64,000 nt of DNA from Eledone cirrhosa (GCA_964016885.1 OZ024741.1:277574001-277638000); one strand, 5' to 3'. Shown: positions 47,761-60,465, counted from the first letter of the stretch. Program-made: numbers and translations. Notes: generated from the letters alone by a model not told the origin.

Positions 47761-49960
47761 AGACAGAATTTCACTTTCTATCGGCAAGATCTCATACGGC
47801 TGTTTACAGAAACCATTAAAGGCACACAAGAACTGCCCAGATGGTTATCAACTGCCACTACTCTCCTCATTCCCAAAAATAGCCAAACCACCCTTGCTAA
47901 AAATACCGCCCAATAGCCTGCCAAAACATCATGTATAAATTATATACTGGGTGCCTTAACCTGTTCTTACAGGATCACTGTGCTACCAACAACATCATAA
48001 CACCTGAGCAAGCTGGTGGAAAGAGGGAGGTGTGGGGTTGCATAGATCACCTACTAACTAATAAAATGATTCAAGAAAAAACAACAAAGAATCGCAGAAA
48101 CATGACTGTGGTGTGGCTGGACTATCAAAAAGCATTTGATAGTGTACCTTATGGGTGGATTGTTAAGGCTTTACAGTTAGCCAAAGTCCCACAACCACTG
48201 ATAGCTGCTGTTGAACGTCTGACCAAGAACTGGTACACCAATTTGATCCTTAGAGGTGAGAAGGAGAAAGTTAAGACTGATAAGATACATTACCAGAATG
48301 GCATCTTTCAGGGTGATAGCTTGTCAGTACTACTCTTCGTTGAAACAAGGTGGACAAAGAAGTGGGTCCAGAAGTATCTCCCATCTTTTCTTTGTTGATG
48401 ACCTGAAGTTGTATGGGCCAAATAGCAATGACATCAAGAAACAATTGGACCTCATTACACAATTTTCAACAGACATCAAAATGGAATTTGGTGAGTCCAA
48501 GTGTGCACATATTGGAAGTAAAACGTGGAAGAGCTGTGCCCTCCTCTAGAAATCTAGAGATGAACGGCCTGACAATACAACCTCTACAGTCAGGTGACAA
48601 CTACAGATATCTTGGACAGGATGAGAATGCCAGATATGATGGACCCATAAATAAGGAGAGAACCAGAACTGAATACCTCAGAAGAGTAAAGAAAATATGG
48701 TCATCAGAACTGTCAGCGTACAACAAATACATTGCCCACAATACTTATGCTGTGCCAATTCTAACGCCAACATTTGGCCTGCTGAACTGGCCATTGCAAG
48801 AAGTAAGTGAGATGGATGTTAGAACTCGCAAACTTCTCACTGGGAACTTTAACATCAATGGTGATGTGGATAGGCTATACTTCTCATGCAAGGAAGGTGG
48901 CCGGGGGTCTAAAATCCATATTAACATCATATAAGACCCGGATAGTAACACTGAAGCAACACCTTCAACAGAGGAAAAAGGTTGGCAACCATCTTGCCCA
49001 GGTTTATGAGTATGAAAAAATATATATCATTAGAATAGCGACTGATCTGGAGGAGAGATATGGAATAAAGCCTGATATAAATCTCTCACCCAGAGAAATC
49101 GGAAGATCCTATTCAATGTTCAAACAAGATGAAAAAATTGACCAATTTACAGAAAAAGTTGTGCATGGATACTTGAGACGTAAAACACAGACCATAGAGG
49201 GGATAAACCACTCAAAAAGCCTGGCATGGAGTTCCGACAAGTTTATGACATCACACCTTGAGGGATATCTCTATGCAATTCAGGAACAAGAACTCCCTAC
49301 CAAATATCTGCTGCACAAAAGAGGAGGGCCATCAGCTGACAATAAATGTAGGCTATGTAAAACAAAGATCGAAGATGTAAGCCACATTGTTGCCAGCTGC
49401 GAAAGAATGTCATATCGCTACTACCTCCCCATGAGACACGATGGGATAGCTAGAACCATCTGGAACGCACTTCGGAAAACAAAATTAACAACAAACGAGG
49501 AAGAATATATTGAGACAGATGGCACTAAGGAATACTGGTGGAACCTGAAAATAAAAACTGCCACCAAATTAAAGCACAACCGGCCTGATATTGTTGTTTG
49601 GGACCACACATTGAATAGGTGTTCTGTTGTGGAGATCAGCTGCCCACTTGATGTAAACGTTGTCAGAAAAATAGAGGAGAAGGAGGACATCTACGGACCA
49701 TTGATGAGGAGTTTACAAATCCAGTATCTAAGATACACCTTTAGCTTCATACCCATCATTATTGGAGCTACGGGTTATATACCAACCCGTTTGGATCAAA
49801 GTATGACTGAACTTGGATTTGCGGACAAAGAGCGCAGCTCCCTAATTCATAGTCTACAAATGGCTGCGATAGCTGGCACCTTCAAAATTTGCAAAACATT
49901 CTTGCGATTCAGGAAGGTGGCCGGTCAAAAAAATATACTCGAAATTAAGAGAAAGAGATA
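47761..49960 (+). mobile_element. R4/Dong-like non-LTR retrotransposon with restriction-like endonuclease, 5'-truncated
   Basis: WLDYQKAFDSV, GIFQGDSLS, FVDDLKLY, YRYLG, CRLC..HIVASC zinc knuckle, RHD, RPDIVVWD..VEISCP; several frameshifts. Confidence 0.88.
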
Positions 49961-50078
49961 ACATACATACATACTCATACCTTTCGGAAATTCTGCATCT
50001 AATATCTTCATATACATATACATTTAACCATACAGATCAAGACACGGAATAAGATCCATACCTGCACACACACAAACT

Positions 50079-50229
<151 letters not shown>

Positions 50230-50497
50230 GCACACACACACACACACACACAAGCACACACGCTTACAGACATATATAGATATACATACGTATTAACATA
50301 GTTGATGTCTAAATTCCAATAAAAGTGTCTTGTTACTATGTTAGAATCTTGTTACTATGTTAGAATCCGGCTCACTCCCTATTGGTGAACATTTATAAAA
50401 TACAAGTATATATAAATATATATATATAATTGTACGCAATTATACTATATATATATTCAATTGTACGCAGTTATATTAGGTTTATGCTTGGAGGAGG

Positions 50498-50533
50498 TTT
50501 CTACGTTTCGGACATAAGTCCTTCATCAGGAAA
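50498..50533 (-). ncRNA. Minimal type I hammerhead ribozyme
   Basis: tttc-CTGATGA-a ggac ttat gtcc-GAAAC-GTA-gaaa; palindromic ACGT stem III typical of Penelope HHRs. Confidence 0.85.
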
Positions 50534-50663
50534 GTGTGGTAAGGAGGAGAACACGAACTTCGAGAAGGAGTGAGGAGGGTTTTAATGAGAGAAGTTACAA
50601 AGTAATGATAAAAATAAAAATGAAAATAAACATAAAAATAAAAGGGGTTATCTCTCTCTCTAT

Positions 50664-50708
<45 letters not shown>

Positions 50709-50723
50709 CGTGTGTGTGTGTGT

Positions 50724-50798
<75 letters not shown>

Positions 50799-50811
50799 GA
50801 AATAGATAGAT

Positions 50812-51760
50812 ATCTTTCTTTATTTGCCACAAGGGCGTACAAAAATGGGACATTACAAGACGTGACGGCGGGGGTTTACATAAAAATAACTTTAATATTA
50901 ATAAATAACAATAAACTATATATAATAAAATAACAATTGAAATCCCCAATAAGGGGGAACGTTACTGCAGGGTTGTTTTACACCCCGTGGATAGAACAAC
51001 CCTCAACACCAGGAAACGTTTTGTAGATGTTCCTGTCTTCCCTCTGTTTATCTTCCTCAACCTACAGGTTTATATACAGAGAAGACCCATTCACTCGGGC
51101 CATTTTTGCCACATTCACCCACCCTTCAGCGAATTTACTGGGGTGTAGCTCCTCTCCCTCCACTCTCACCTTCCTTCTGAAGTGATACTTAAAGAAGGGG
51201 ATAAGTTGTGGTCCGGAGAGAAAGGTGTTTTCCCTCAGACCTTTTAACCTCGTCCACCATATTACCTCTTTCGCCACCAGGCAGAGGAAAACCGCCTCTC
51301 CTTCATTCTTAAATGAAGGCGGCGGGGTGATCCTCACGATGGACTCGGCTGACAACTGGATGCGTCCCACACGTGACAGCAGCTGTTCGACATAATTCCA
51401 CTGGGCACTGAACAATTGCGTGCAGAACGGTTTCGATGCCCTGCTCGCATCTTGGACAGGTCCTTTTGGCAGGATCTCTGCCAGGGCGTCCGTGCCTGTA
51501 GATTTTGTCTCGAACTGGTAGAACTCCTCGGTAGCACTGCCAGGCCAGAGACCTCTGGAAGTTATCCATAGGCCCTGGACGGAAAGTCCTCCCCGAACAG
51601 ACTTGTCAGTTCGTCCTCCTCGATGCCTAGAGTTTCCCCGAGAACGTCGTCGCATTTATCTTCCACTAATCCCCTATAGAATGTCGAAGTAGAGTCTCCG
51701 CTGATTGCCGTTTCCGCTTGGTAGAGGGCTGTGAGCGCCTGTAGGCGCTCGAGGTGCCAT
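50812..51760 (-). mobile_element. Tx1/L1-like LINE 3' fragment (relative of 38085-39010)
   Basis: STFYRGLVE, MDNFQRSLAWQCYRG, CPRC..ETVLHAIVQCP; frameshifted; (GATA)n on both sides. Confidence 0.85.
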
Positions 51761-51864
51761 AGATAGATAGATAGAGTCCGTGCTGCTGAGAACGAGGAGA
51801 CCACTTATCATTTGAATACTCGATACATGGCGAGATGCGGTTGTGATTTTACACATATCTCTTG

Positions 51865-51895
<31 letters not shown>

Positions 51896-52095
51896 AATAT
51901 ATATATATGTATATATATATATATATCCTTATATATAAATATATATTTACATGTATAGGGTGTCCCCAAATATGTATACACACTTCAACAGCATTCTAAT
52001 AAGTGTGTGTATATATTTTGGGGGGAAATTCTGTATATAGATATATCAAAAGGGTTAAAGTATATATACAATATAAATTAACCGTTTTGAACGTA

Positions 52096-52189
<94 letters not shown>

Positions 52190-52191
<2 letters not shown>

Positions 52192-52393
52192 GCGATTACA
52201 AATGACAATCTACAACCCTAACCCCCCTACACACCCACCTATCAATCAACATACAGTATCAATATGTTCAAATATGTAAAATCTTTAAGTAATTTGATCG
52301 AATAAAATTGAGATTTAAATCAAAGCTGGACTGTCAGAATATTTTATTTTTGACACGCTTGATTGATGACTAACTGTTGCTGTTTCATTTCTA

Positions 52394-52395
<2 letters not shown>
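52190..52395. repeat. ~200-bp dispersed repeat, second copy 60653-60879
   Basis: aagcgattacaaatgac...ttcatttctaat shared at high identity. Confidence 0.8.
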
Positions 52396-52463
<68 letters not shown>

Positions 52464-52492
52464 AAATGTGTGTAATCCTTGGTACAGTTAGG

Positions 52493-52865
<373 letters not shown>

Positions 52866-53296
52866 GGGTTATAGAGAGGAAGGGGCGGAGAGATACAACG
52901 AGGTGCGATACAGAATACTGCATGCCAAAAGTCGATGCGTAGTGTACTCGATGCTTGGGTTGTCAGGGTGAAATATTTGAGTTGACAAACCCCGCATAAG
53001 TTAATTTTTTAAATAATATTTTTTTCCCCATAGCTGGTATGGGTAAAAAATAATTGTTTCTACTTTTGGCACAAGGCCAGCAATTACTCAGTGTATTACT
53101 GGTACTTTATTTTATCGACCCCGTAAGGATGAAAGCAAAGTTAACCTGTTGCTGTTTCATTTCTATTATGGTAAAAAATAATGCAGTAACATTCAACAGG
53201 CACCAGGTGATTACCTCCCTAGCGTGTTATATCCCTTTCACCGGCAACCATACCGATACCATCTGAAATCACAATACATAGCGATGTGATGCTATA

Positions 53297-53441
53297 ATTC
53301 CCTCTCAGGAATTTGTAATTAAGGACTTAGCCATCTGAATATCTGCCTCCGACTAGCCCCTCTGGGCGAAACACGTGTAAGAGCTATATAAAGATATATT
53401 TTAACGACTTGTAACTCTTTCATTCACACATTCATTTGTTT

Positions 53442-53513
<72 letters not shown>

Positions 53514-53953
53514 ATACTTGGGGAGGGTCATATTTGTGTAATATTGCCAGAATTAATAACAGAACACACTCACTGTTTGGTTGGTTTTCGCTTCTCGCTT
53601 CTGTGTCTTTTATATCGGTTAATTTAATTTACTCGGTCCTCAATGTTGCCATTGACTGACCGACGGTCAAAAGTAATACAGATACAATATAGACACAAAC
53701 ACATATATATAGTTTATCATAAATCTTTCGTTGCACATCTGCAACATCGTCAGTGGTGCTATTGTTTCCTCCCGTTGCATTGTATGTCTACGCCATTTTT
53801 ATATATTTATATAAGCAAATGAATGTGTGAATGAAAGAGTTACAAGTTGTTAAAATATATCTTTATATAGCTCTTACACGTGTTTCGCCCAGAGGGGCTA
53901 GTCGGAGGCAGATATTCAGATGGCTAAGTCCTTAATTACAAATTCCTGAGAGG

Positions 53954-53957
<4 letters not shown>
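53297..53957. repeat. Inverted ~150-bp repeat pair with degenerate hammerhead
   Basis: 53297-53446 versus 53807-53957; CCGACTA-gccc ctct gggc-GAAAC-acgt-GTA at 53349-53379. Confidence 0.8.
53715..53758 (-). ncRNA. Minimal hammerhead, weak stem I
   Basis: cacca-CTGACGA-t gttgca gatg tgcaac-GAAAG-at-TTA-tgata. Confidence 0.6.
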
Positions 53958-53999
<42 letters not shown>

Positions 54000-54065
54000 G
54001 GTGTTGGATGCTTAAAGCGTCCGTATGCGCTATGAGCACTCGATGACCTCATAGAGCAGAGCATG

Positions 54066-54326
54066 ATATCACAGAAAAAAGAGAATCAGTGTTGCGACGA
54101 AAGGAATTTATTGGACATATTACAATTGTTTCTCGGGCGACCAGCTCGAGGCACGATCAATGTGGTGATGAAACCTGACTCTGAAATCAAGACGTATCCG
54201 AGGACCGCGCGATTTCAGAGTCAGGTTTGATCACCACATTGATCGTGCCTCGAGCTGGTCGCCCGAGAAACAATTGTAATATGTCCAATAAATTCCATTC
54301 GTCGCAACACTGATTCTCTTTTTTCT

Positions 54327-54333
<7 letters not shown>
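54066..54333. repeat. Inverted repeat, family B copy 2, with core-mutated hammerhead at 54191-54285
   Basis: Arms 54066-54188 and 54211-54333; gacgtat-CCGAGGA...GAAAC-aatt-GTA-atatgtc. Confidence 0.85.
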
Positions 54334-54383
<50 letters not shown>

Positions 54384-54475
54384 CCAAATGTTAAACAAGG
54401 TTCACTGATTATTCAATGAATATATTTTTTACAATAGATTAAAAGCACTCAACAATGAAGTTTTCTGGAGTTATT

Positions 54476-54892
54476 AATATTATTAAAAATATTAATAAAT
54501 GGATATATTCACATAATCAAAATATATGCTTTATTATATATATTTCGGAGGTACTGTGCTGTTTTTTCAGTACGTCCTCATCAGATAAAATACATAAATT
54601 GATGTATGACATACCTCAACTATGCTGATCGTTCAATTCCAGTCTTGGCAGTGATTTATTACAACAAAACTCAATATTTATATACCACAAGTAAAAGTGT
54701 GACAAACTAAATATGATGGAGAGGGGTAAGTAGCGAGATAAAAGTATTAGGAGTGGGTGAGTAGGAGAAAGTATAGAATAAATAAATAAATAAACAACTT
54801 TTCCTTATGCAGTTATATATTCTATCATCTCTATCCCCTTCTCTCTTCTTTTTATCTTCATCTTCGTATTTTTTCCCTTTTCTCTTCTATTT

Positions 54893-54965
<73 letters not shown>

Positions 54966-55326
54966 CTTTTTCTCTAACACGGATATTTACATATTTAAAT
55001 ATTTAACATTTATATACTTATGTGTTTATTTATTTATTTATTTATTCTATACTTTCTCCTACCCACCCACTCCTAATACTTTTATCTCGCTACTTACCCC
55101 TCTCCATCATATTTAGTTTGTCACACTTTTACTTGTGGTATATAAATATTGAGTTTTGTTGTAATAAATCACTGCCAAGACTGGAATTAAACCATCAGCA
55201 CAGTTGAGGTATGTCATACATCAATTTATGTATTTTATCTAATGAAGACGTACTGAAAAAAGAGCACAGTACCACCGAAATATATTTTGATTATGTGAAT
55301 ATATCCATTTATTAATATTTTGAATA

Positions 55327-55330
<4 letters not shown>
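54476..55330. repeat. Inverted repeat, ~310-bp arms around a (CT)n-containing spacer
   Basis: ~54476-54796 versus ~55023-55330. Confidence 0.85.
54530..54589 (-). ncRNA. Type I hammerhead ribozyme
   Basis: tttat-CTGATGA-gga c gtactg..cagtac c tcc-GAAAT-atat-ATA-ataaa; mirror at ~55234-55285 is mutated (CTAATGA) and partly deleted. Confidence 0.8.
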
Positions 55331-55399
<69 letters not shown>

Positions 55400-55640
55400 A
55401 ATAAATAATCGAGAATCGGAATCTCGGCCCACGAAATAACGAAACACAATCTTCGAAATACATGGCAAAGGGCTCAATAGTTTGGAAAAACCAGAGCTAT
55501 AACTATCGTTTAAATACCAACACATAGAGACAATGCTTAAAATCATTCGCACAGCCGAAAAAACGACCAGGAAAATTCGGGTCACACAAATAATAAATTA
55601 ATAAATTAAATGAATGTTTTATATATATATATATATATAT

Positions 55641-56791
55641 TAGAAAGTGAGGTTTTTTTACAAAATGCAAAATAACCGAGGTGTCCTACACGAGTTAAAG
55701 TATAAAGAAAAAAAGATGAAAGCGAAATGCAACTGGAGTCTTATTTTTAAAAGAATATATATATTTATTTGGTTCCTTTACCGGTTTCGCAGTTCTTCTG
55801 CTTTTCAAAAGTAGAGTTGAGATGGAGGGTCTGTGGTTTTTCTCACATCTGGTTGGTCTTTGAATGTTACTTGCTTTATATGGAAAAAAGTGGCTCGAAA
55901 CGCCAGGTTTTTAGAGAAGTAATTTGATTGGTTGGTCAATAAGTATAATAAATTTCGCGCCTGTTCGCGTTACAAAGTTCTTCAAATAAGGGGAGGGTGC
56001 GCAGGTTGTTTTTTTCATATATAAGTGTTTGAATTACTTTTTACTTAAAAAAAGGGGCTCACGAAGGCTTTTTCTAAAAAAATGTAATCTGATTGGTTAT
56101 AAATGAAATTATGGCTGTCACGTGAACAAGTTCATTAAATTTCGCGCCCGTATTTCGGAATTTGTTTTGTACTTAAAAAAAGGGGCTCACGGAGGCTTTT
56201 TCTAATAAAATGTAATCTGATTGGTTATAAATGAAATTATAGCTGTCACGTGAATAAGTTCATTAAATTTCGCACCCGTATTTCGGAATTTGTTTTGTAG
56301 CCTTTTAGAGAATTTTATGACAATAAAAAAAAGTGGCTCACGAAGCCATTTTTTTTATTTAATGAACTTGTTCACGTGACAGCCATAATTTCATTTATAA
56401 CCAATCAGATTACATTTTTTTAGAAAAAGCCTTCGTGAGCCCCTTTTTTTAAGTAAAAAGTAATTCAAACACTCATATATGGAAAAACAACCTGAGTACC
56501 CTCCCCCCTTGTTTGAAGAACTTTGTAACGCGAATTGGCGCGAAATTTATCATACTTATTGACCAACCAATCAAATTACTTCTCTAAAAACCTGGCGTTT
56601 CGAGCCACTTTTTCCCATATAAAACAAGTAACATTCAAAGACCAACCAGATGTGAGAAAAACCACAGACCCTCCATCTCAACTCTACTTTTGAAAAACAG
56701 AAGAACTGCGAAACCGGTAAAGGGACCAAATAAATATATATATATATTTTTAAATAAGACTCCAGTTGCATTTTCGATTTCATCTTTTTTT

Positions 56792-56798
<7 letters not shown>
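55641..56798. mobile_element. Head-to-head inverted-repeat element, family A copy 2, with U3-A8 hammerheads at 55776-55811 (-) and 56687-56722 (+)
   Basis: Arms 55701 to 56798; same ~60-nt left extension as 4580-4638; internal ~130-bp tandem duplication near 56040-56295. Confidence 0.8.
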
Positions 56799-56866
<68 letters not shown>

Positions 56867-56918
56867 TGTATTGTCTTCTCGGTCCCAATCCAATACCGCT
56901 GACTATATATATATATAT

Positions 56919-57387
56919 ATTCGTACGAAAACTGAAAAACTCGGCGTAAGGAAGCTGTTAAAACAGCAAAATGCCGTCGAAGCGGCGTTGGGTGAAACAT
57001 TATCTGGAAGGAGAGAAATCAGCGGCTCGATGTGAGTTGGCTCGAAGAAATGATAGGAAGAAATAGAATGGATAAGAAGAGATCATAAACATTAAAATAC
57101 GCTCAGCAGATTTCAGACCACCAGTTAAATTGTTGAAACTGCAGGTGGTCTATAATCTGATGAGCGTATTTAAATGTTTGTGATTTCTTCTCATCCATTC
57201 TATTTCGTCCTTCCTATCATTTCTTCCTTCCTATCATTTCTTCCTTCCTATCATTTCTTCCTTCCTATCATTTCTTCGATCCAACTCACTTCCAGCTGCT
57301 GATTTCTGTCCTTCGAGGTAATTTCACCAGCGGTATTTTGCTGCTTTAACAGCTTCCTTACGTCGAGTTTTTCCATTTTCTACGAAT
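56919..57387. repeat. Diverged inverted repeat with a 17-bp tandem expansion in the right arm
   Basis: Arms meet near 57120-57142; ttccttcctatcatttc x4 at ~57207-57277. Confidence 0.8.
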
Positions 57388-57496
57388 TCTATTACACTCG
57401 CGTTTCAAAAATCGATGTTCTAGTTAATTTTGTTTATATATATATATAAGAGTGTTGAAGTTTGCTTGAAGCATTGTTGAGGCTTCCAAAACGACC

Positions 57497-57543
<47 letters not shown>

Positions 57544-57546
<3 letters not shown>

Positions 57547-57852
57547 CACCGTATTTTTGACTAAAGGAATTTTAGCCTGATATTGGGGTTTAGAACCCTC
57601 AGATAAATGGAAAAAGATGAGTATTGACGTACATGGGAGTCGAACCGACATCTTTGGTTATCGCGACCACTGTGCTACCATTACACCAACACATCACCCT
57701 GGTGTGTTGGTGTAATGGTAGCACAGTGGTCGCGATAACCAAAGATGTCGGTTCGACTCCCATGTACGTCAATACTCATCTTTTTCCATTTATCTGAGGG
57801 TTCTAAACCCCAATATCAGGCTAAAATTCCTTTAGTCAAAAATACGGCGAAA
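57544..57852. repeat. Near-perfect palindrome (150-bp arms, 9-bp spacer) with back-to-back tRNA-like heads
   Basis: Centre 57698; A-box tggtgtaatgg and B-box ggttcgactcc within 57702-57771 (+), mirrored on the minus strand. Confidence 0.85.
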
Positions 57853-57907
57853 GCTATTCTATTTTCTAATTTCAAACCTGCTCACTGTTTCAAAACATAC
57901 TTACTTG

Positions 57908-57955
<48 letters not shown>

Positions 57956-58118
57956 CAATATGTTGAAAAGGTAACACACTAGAGAGAGATAATGCGCCAT
58001 CAATAAAACAGGGAAAAACCACCAGTGTATGGAGTCTATAACCTATGAAAGGCAGAGTAGACACACAATAATTAAAAGTATAAATTAAAGTGTAAATACA
58101 TACTTCTATAACTATATA

Positions 58119-58201
58119 ACACACGTACAAATCCAAAGAGATCTGTTTCGCCAATAAGTTGTTGACAGAAATGAAATAGCCCATGGTTCATCAGCGTGTG
58201 T
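58119..58201 (-). ncRNA. Type I hammerhead ribozyme with long stem III
   Basis: acacacg-CTGATGA-a cca..tgg c-GAA-acagatct cttt ggatttGT-A-cgtgtgt; 7-bp stem I, 8-bp stem III. Confidence 0.8.
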
Positions 58202-58529
58202 AAGGCTATACATTTCAGACAACTCTAACAGAATTTAAAGCGACCGTCCAGCTACACGTGGGAGAGAGAAATCACAGCGTGTTTAGGGCAGTGAACCAGT
58301 GGCTTCTGAGGGCCGAAAACCACTCAGAGAAGTGTGCTCAACCAAACAGAGAGAGAGGAAAGACTGTTATAAGGAGCGAAATATCACGATAAATTAACGG
58401 AGCCAAAGACTCTTGCTATTCCCTGTCAATAATGTGCTCAAAGGAGAAGGAATCCTGAGCTCTTTAAAATACAATATGTTGAAAAGGTAACACACTAGAG
58501 AGAGATAGCATATTATCACGTTAACTTAT

Positions 58530-58579
<50 letters not shown>

Positions 58580-58586
<7 letters not shown>

Positions 58587-59253
58587 GAGAGAGAGAAAAT
58601 GGCCCGGCGTTGCTCGGGATTTTCTCTAGGGTTCTTATATATTTGATATATATTTATCCTTATCGAGCCTCGTGAAATAAATACGTTTGTTTACATTTTG
58701 TTATTGTGTATGCAAAAATATCTGTACACGAATATATATATATTAAAATAACAGATTAAAGTTTAAGCAAAGAATCGCTGCTTTCATCCTTAACGGGATC
58801 TTCTGAAACTAAAATTAAAAAAATCAATCTGTGAACGCAGATGTAAATATTTCGAAAAACGTTGCAACCGAAGGAAAACAGGAAGACGATACTTTGGTTC
58901 GTTAAGATGTTCCCTGGCATAAGAATATATATACACACACTATATATATACATATATACACACACTATATATATACATATATACACACACATACTGATCG
59001 CGTCATAATGACGTAATGCAGACAGTCAGGCATACAGACAGATACTATAAGGGCGCGACGTCATATCTATGTATCTATCTAAAAAGAGTAAGACTAAGAG
59101 AGAGAGAGAGAGATCGCTAAATCGCCTAATGCGGTCTCTAGGGCATTGAAAATTTGAAATTCTTTTCTTCAGAACACTCAATAGGACCATAAGTATTACA
59201 TGTGTAAAGTTTGAAAACAATCGGTTGGGTGGTTCTCGAGTTTTAGTGATTGT

Positions 59254-59296
<43 letters not shown>

Positions 59297-59318
59297 TTCT
59301 CTGTTTTAGTAATATAGA
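58580..59318 (-). mobile_element. Non-autonomous Helitron-like element
   Basis: 5' a|TCtatattactaaaa + (TGTC)n; subterminal hairpin cccgagcaacgccggg near 58602-58618; canonical CTAG end not intact. Confidence 0.6.
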
Positions 59319-59388
59319 TCATATTTGTCCGTTCCTTTGTCGTTTTAATTTGGATTGCCTCGGGAACTTAACCTTATTATGTAATAAA

Positions 59389-59461
59389 CTGTCTGATGAG
59401 ATCATAGCACTGGTTAGGTGAAATCGCGTGGCCACTGTTGTCATCGAAATATGTATTACAG
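59389..59461 (+). ncRNA. Type I hammerhead ribozyme
   Basis: ctgt-CTGATGA-gat..atc-GAAAT-atgt-ATT-acag; aataaa follows. Confidence 0.7.
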
Positions 59462-59509
59462 CCTTATCAATAAAGAAGTTTAACATCTGAAACTACTGAA
59501 ACTACTTCG

Positions 59510-59548
<39 letters not shown>

Positions 59549-59614
59549 GTTATTCCGGGTTGAATCGGAGGTAACCACAGTAAGTAAGGTACTCAATACA
59601 TTGCAGAGTATAAA

Positions 59615-59741
59615 AGTTTTAATATAGATGAGATTCTACAGGACTAGAATTGTTTCATTCTTTAGAAATCATCAGGATTCCTGATGATTTCTAAAGAATG
59701 AAACAGTTCTAGTCCTGTAGAATCTCATCTATATTAAAACT
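59615..59741. repeat. 127-bp palindrome of two back-to-back hammerheads
   Basis: Centre 59678 (atcagga t tcctgat); plus-strand HHR 59676-59724 gattc-CTGATGA..GAA-acag..ctGT-A-gaatc. Confidence 0.88.
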
Positions 59742-59755
59742 ATATATATATATAT

Positions 59756-59823
<68 letters not shown>

Positions 59824-59947
59824 GAATTGAACTATGTATACAAATCTTTTACCACTCCCCGTGACAGAAAAGAATAACAACAATTTTTAGAATTGTTTGA
59901 TATGACACTACTGCTATGCTTTCATTACATGTCCATATATGGACTAT

Positions 59948-60042
59948 ACCCCTTGATAAGTTCACCTATATTACTACCGTCCTAACACTACTGGGTTGGT
60001 TCAGATCTAGTTGTCGAAACGGCCGAGCTCCACCGTCGGCGT
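59948..60042 (+). ncRNA. Type I hammerhead-like motif, U3-A8 core (UUGAUAA), long stem II
   Basis: acccc-TTGATAA-g..56 nt..c-GAA-acgg ccgagctcca ccGT-C-ggcgt (ggggt in sister copies). Confidence 0.55.
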
Positions 60043-60069
60043 CCTGACTCTTTTGCTATATATATATAT

Positions 60070-60397
60070 ATGAGGACTACGGACATCAGTGTGGACACCT
60101 GGGAGGAGACAGCTACTGACCGCTCTGCCTGGCGTTGGACAGTGAGGAAAGGCGTTTCTACGGCTGAAGAAAGGAGGACGCGGCTGTAGTCAGACAGGCG
60201 AGACGAGAGGAAGACCACTGCAGCAACAACCCAGGCGTACCCATCGACCTTCACGTGCAGCAACTGTGCCAAAGACTGCCACTCCAGAATTGGGCTGTTC
60301 AGTCACAGCAGACGCTGCTTATCATCAAACTAGCCTCACCCCCCCCCCCCCCCCCCCTTGGCGCAATCCATTGTCTATCGAGACAGAAGGGAGCCAT
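60070..60397 (+). mobile_element. RTE-clade LINE 3' fragment
   Basis: DTWEETATDRSAWR..FTCSNCAKDCHSRIGLFSHSRRC. Confidence 0.75.
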
Positions 60398-60399
60398 CG

Positions 60400-60465
<66 letters not shown>

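Noticed and set aside
51956-51995. Tc1/mariner-like terminal repeat (tagggtgtcccc)
   Set aside because: No partner inverted end or transposase found in the window.
57120-57165. Rearranged hammerhead (GAAAC..GTC..CTGATGA)
   Set aside because: Spacing is 17 nt rather than 22, stem I is unconvincing and the site is an inversion junction.
57702-57771. Functional tRNA gene
   Set aside because: Acceptor and T stems pair poorly, the anticodon loop lacks U33, and it lies inside a palindromic repeat.
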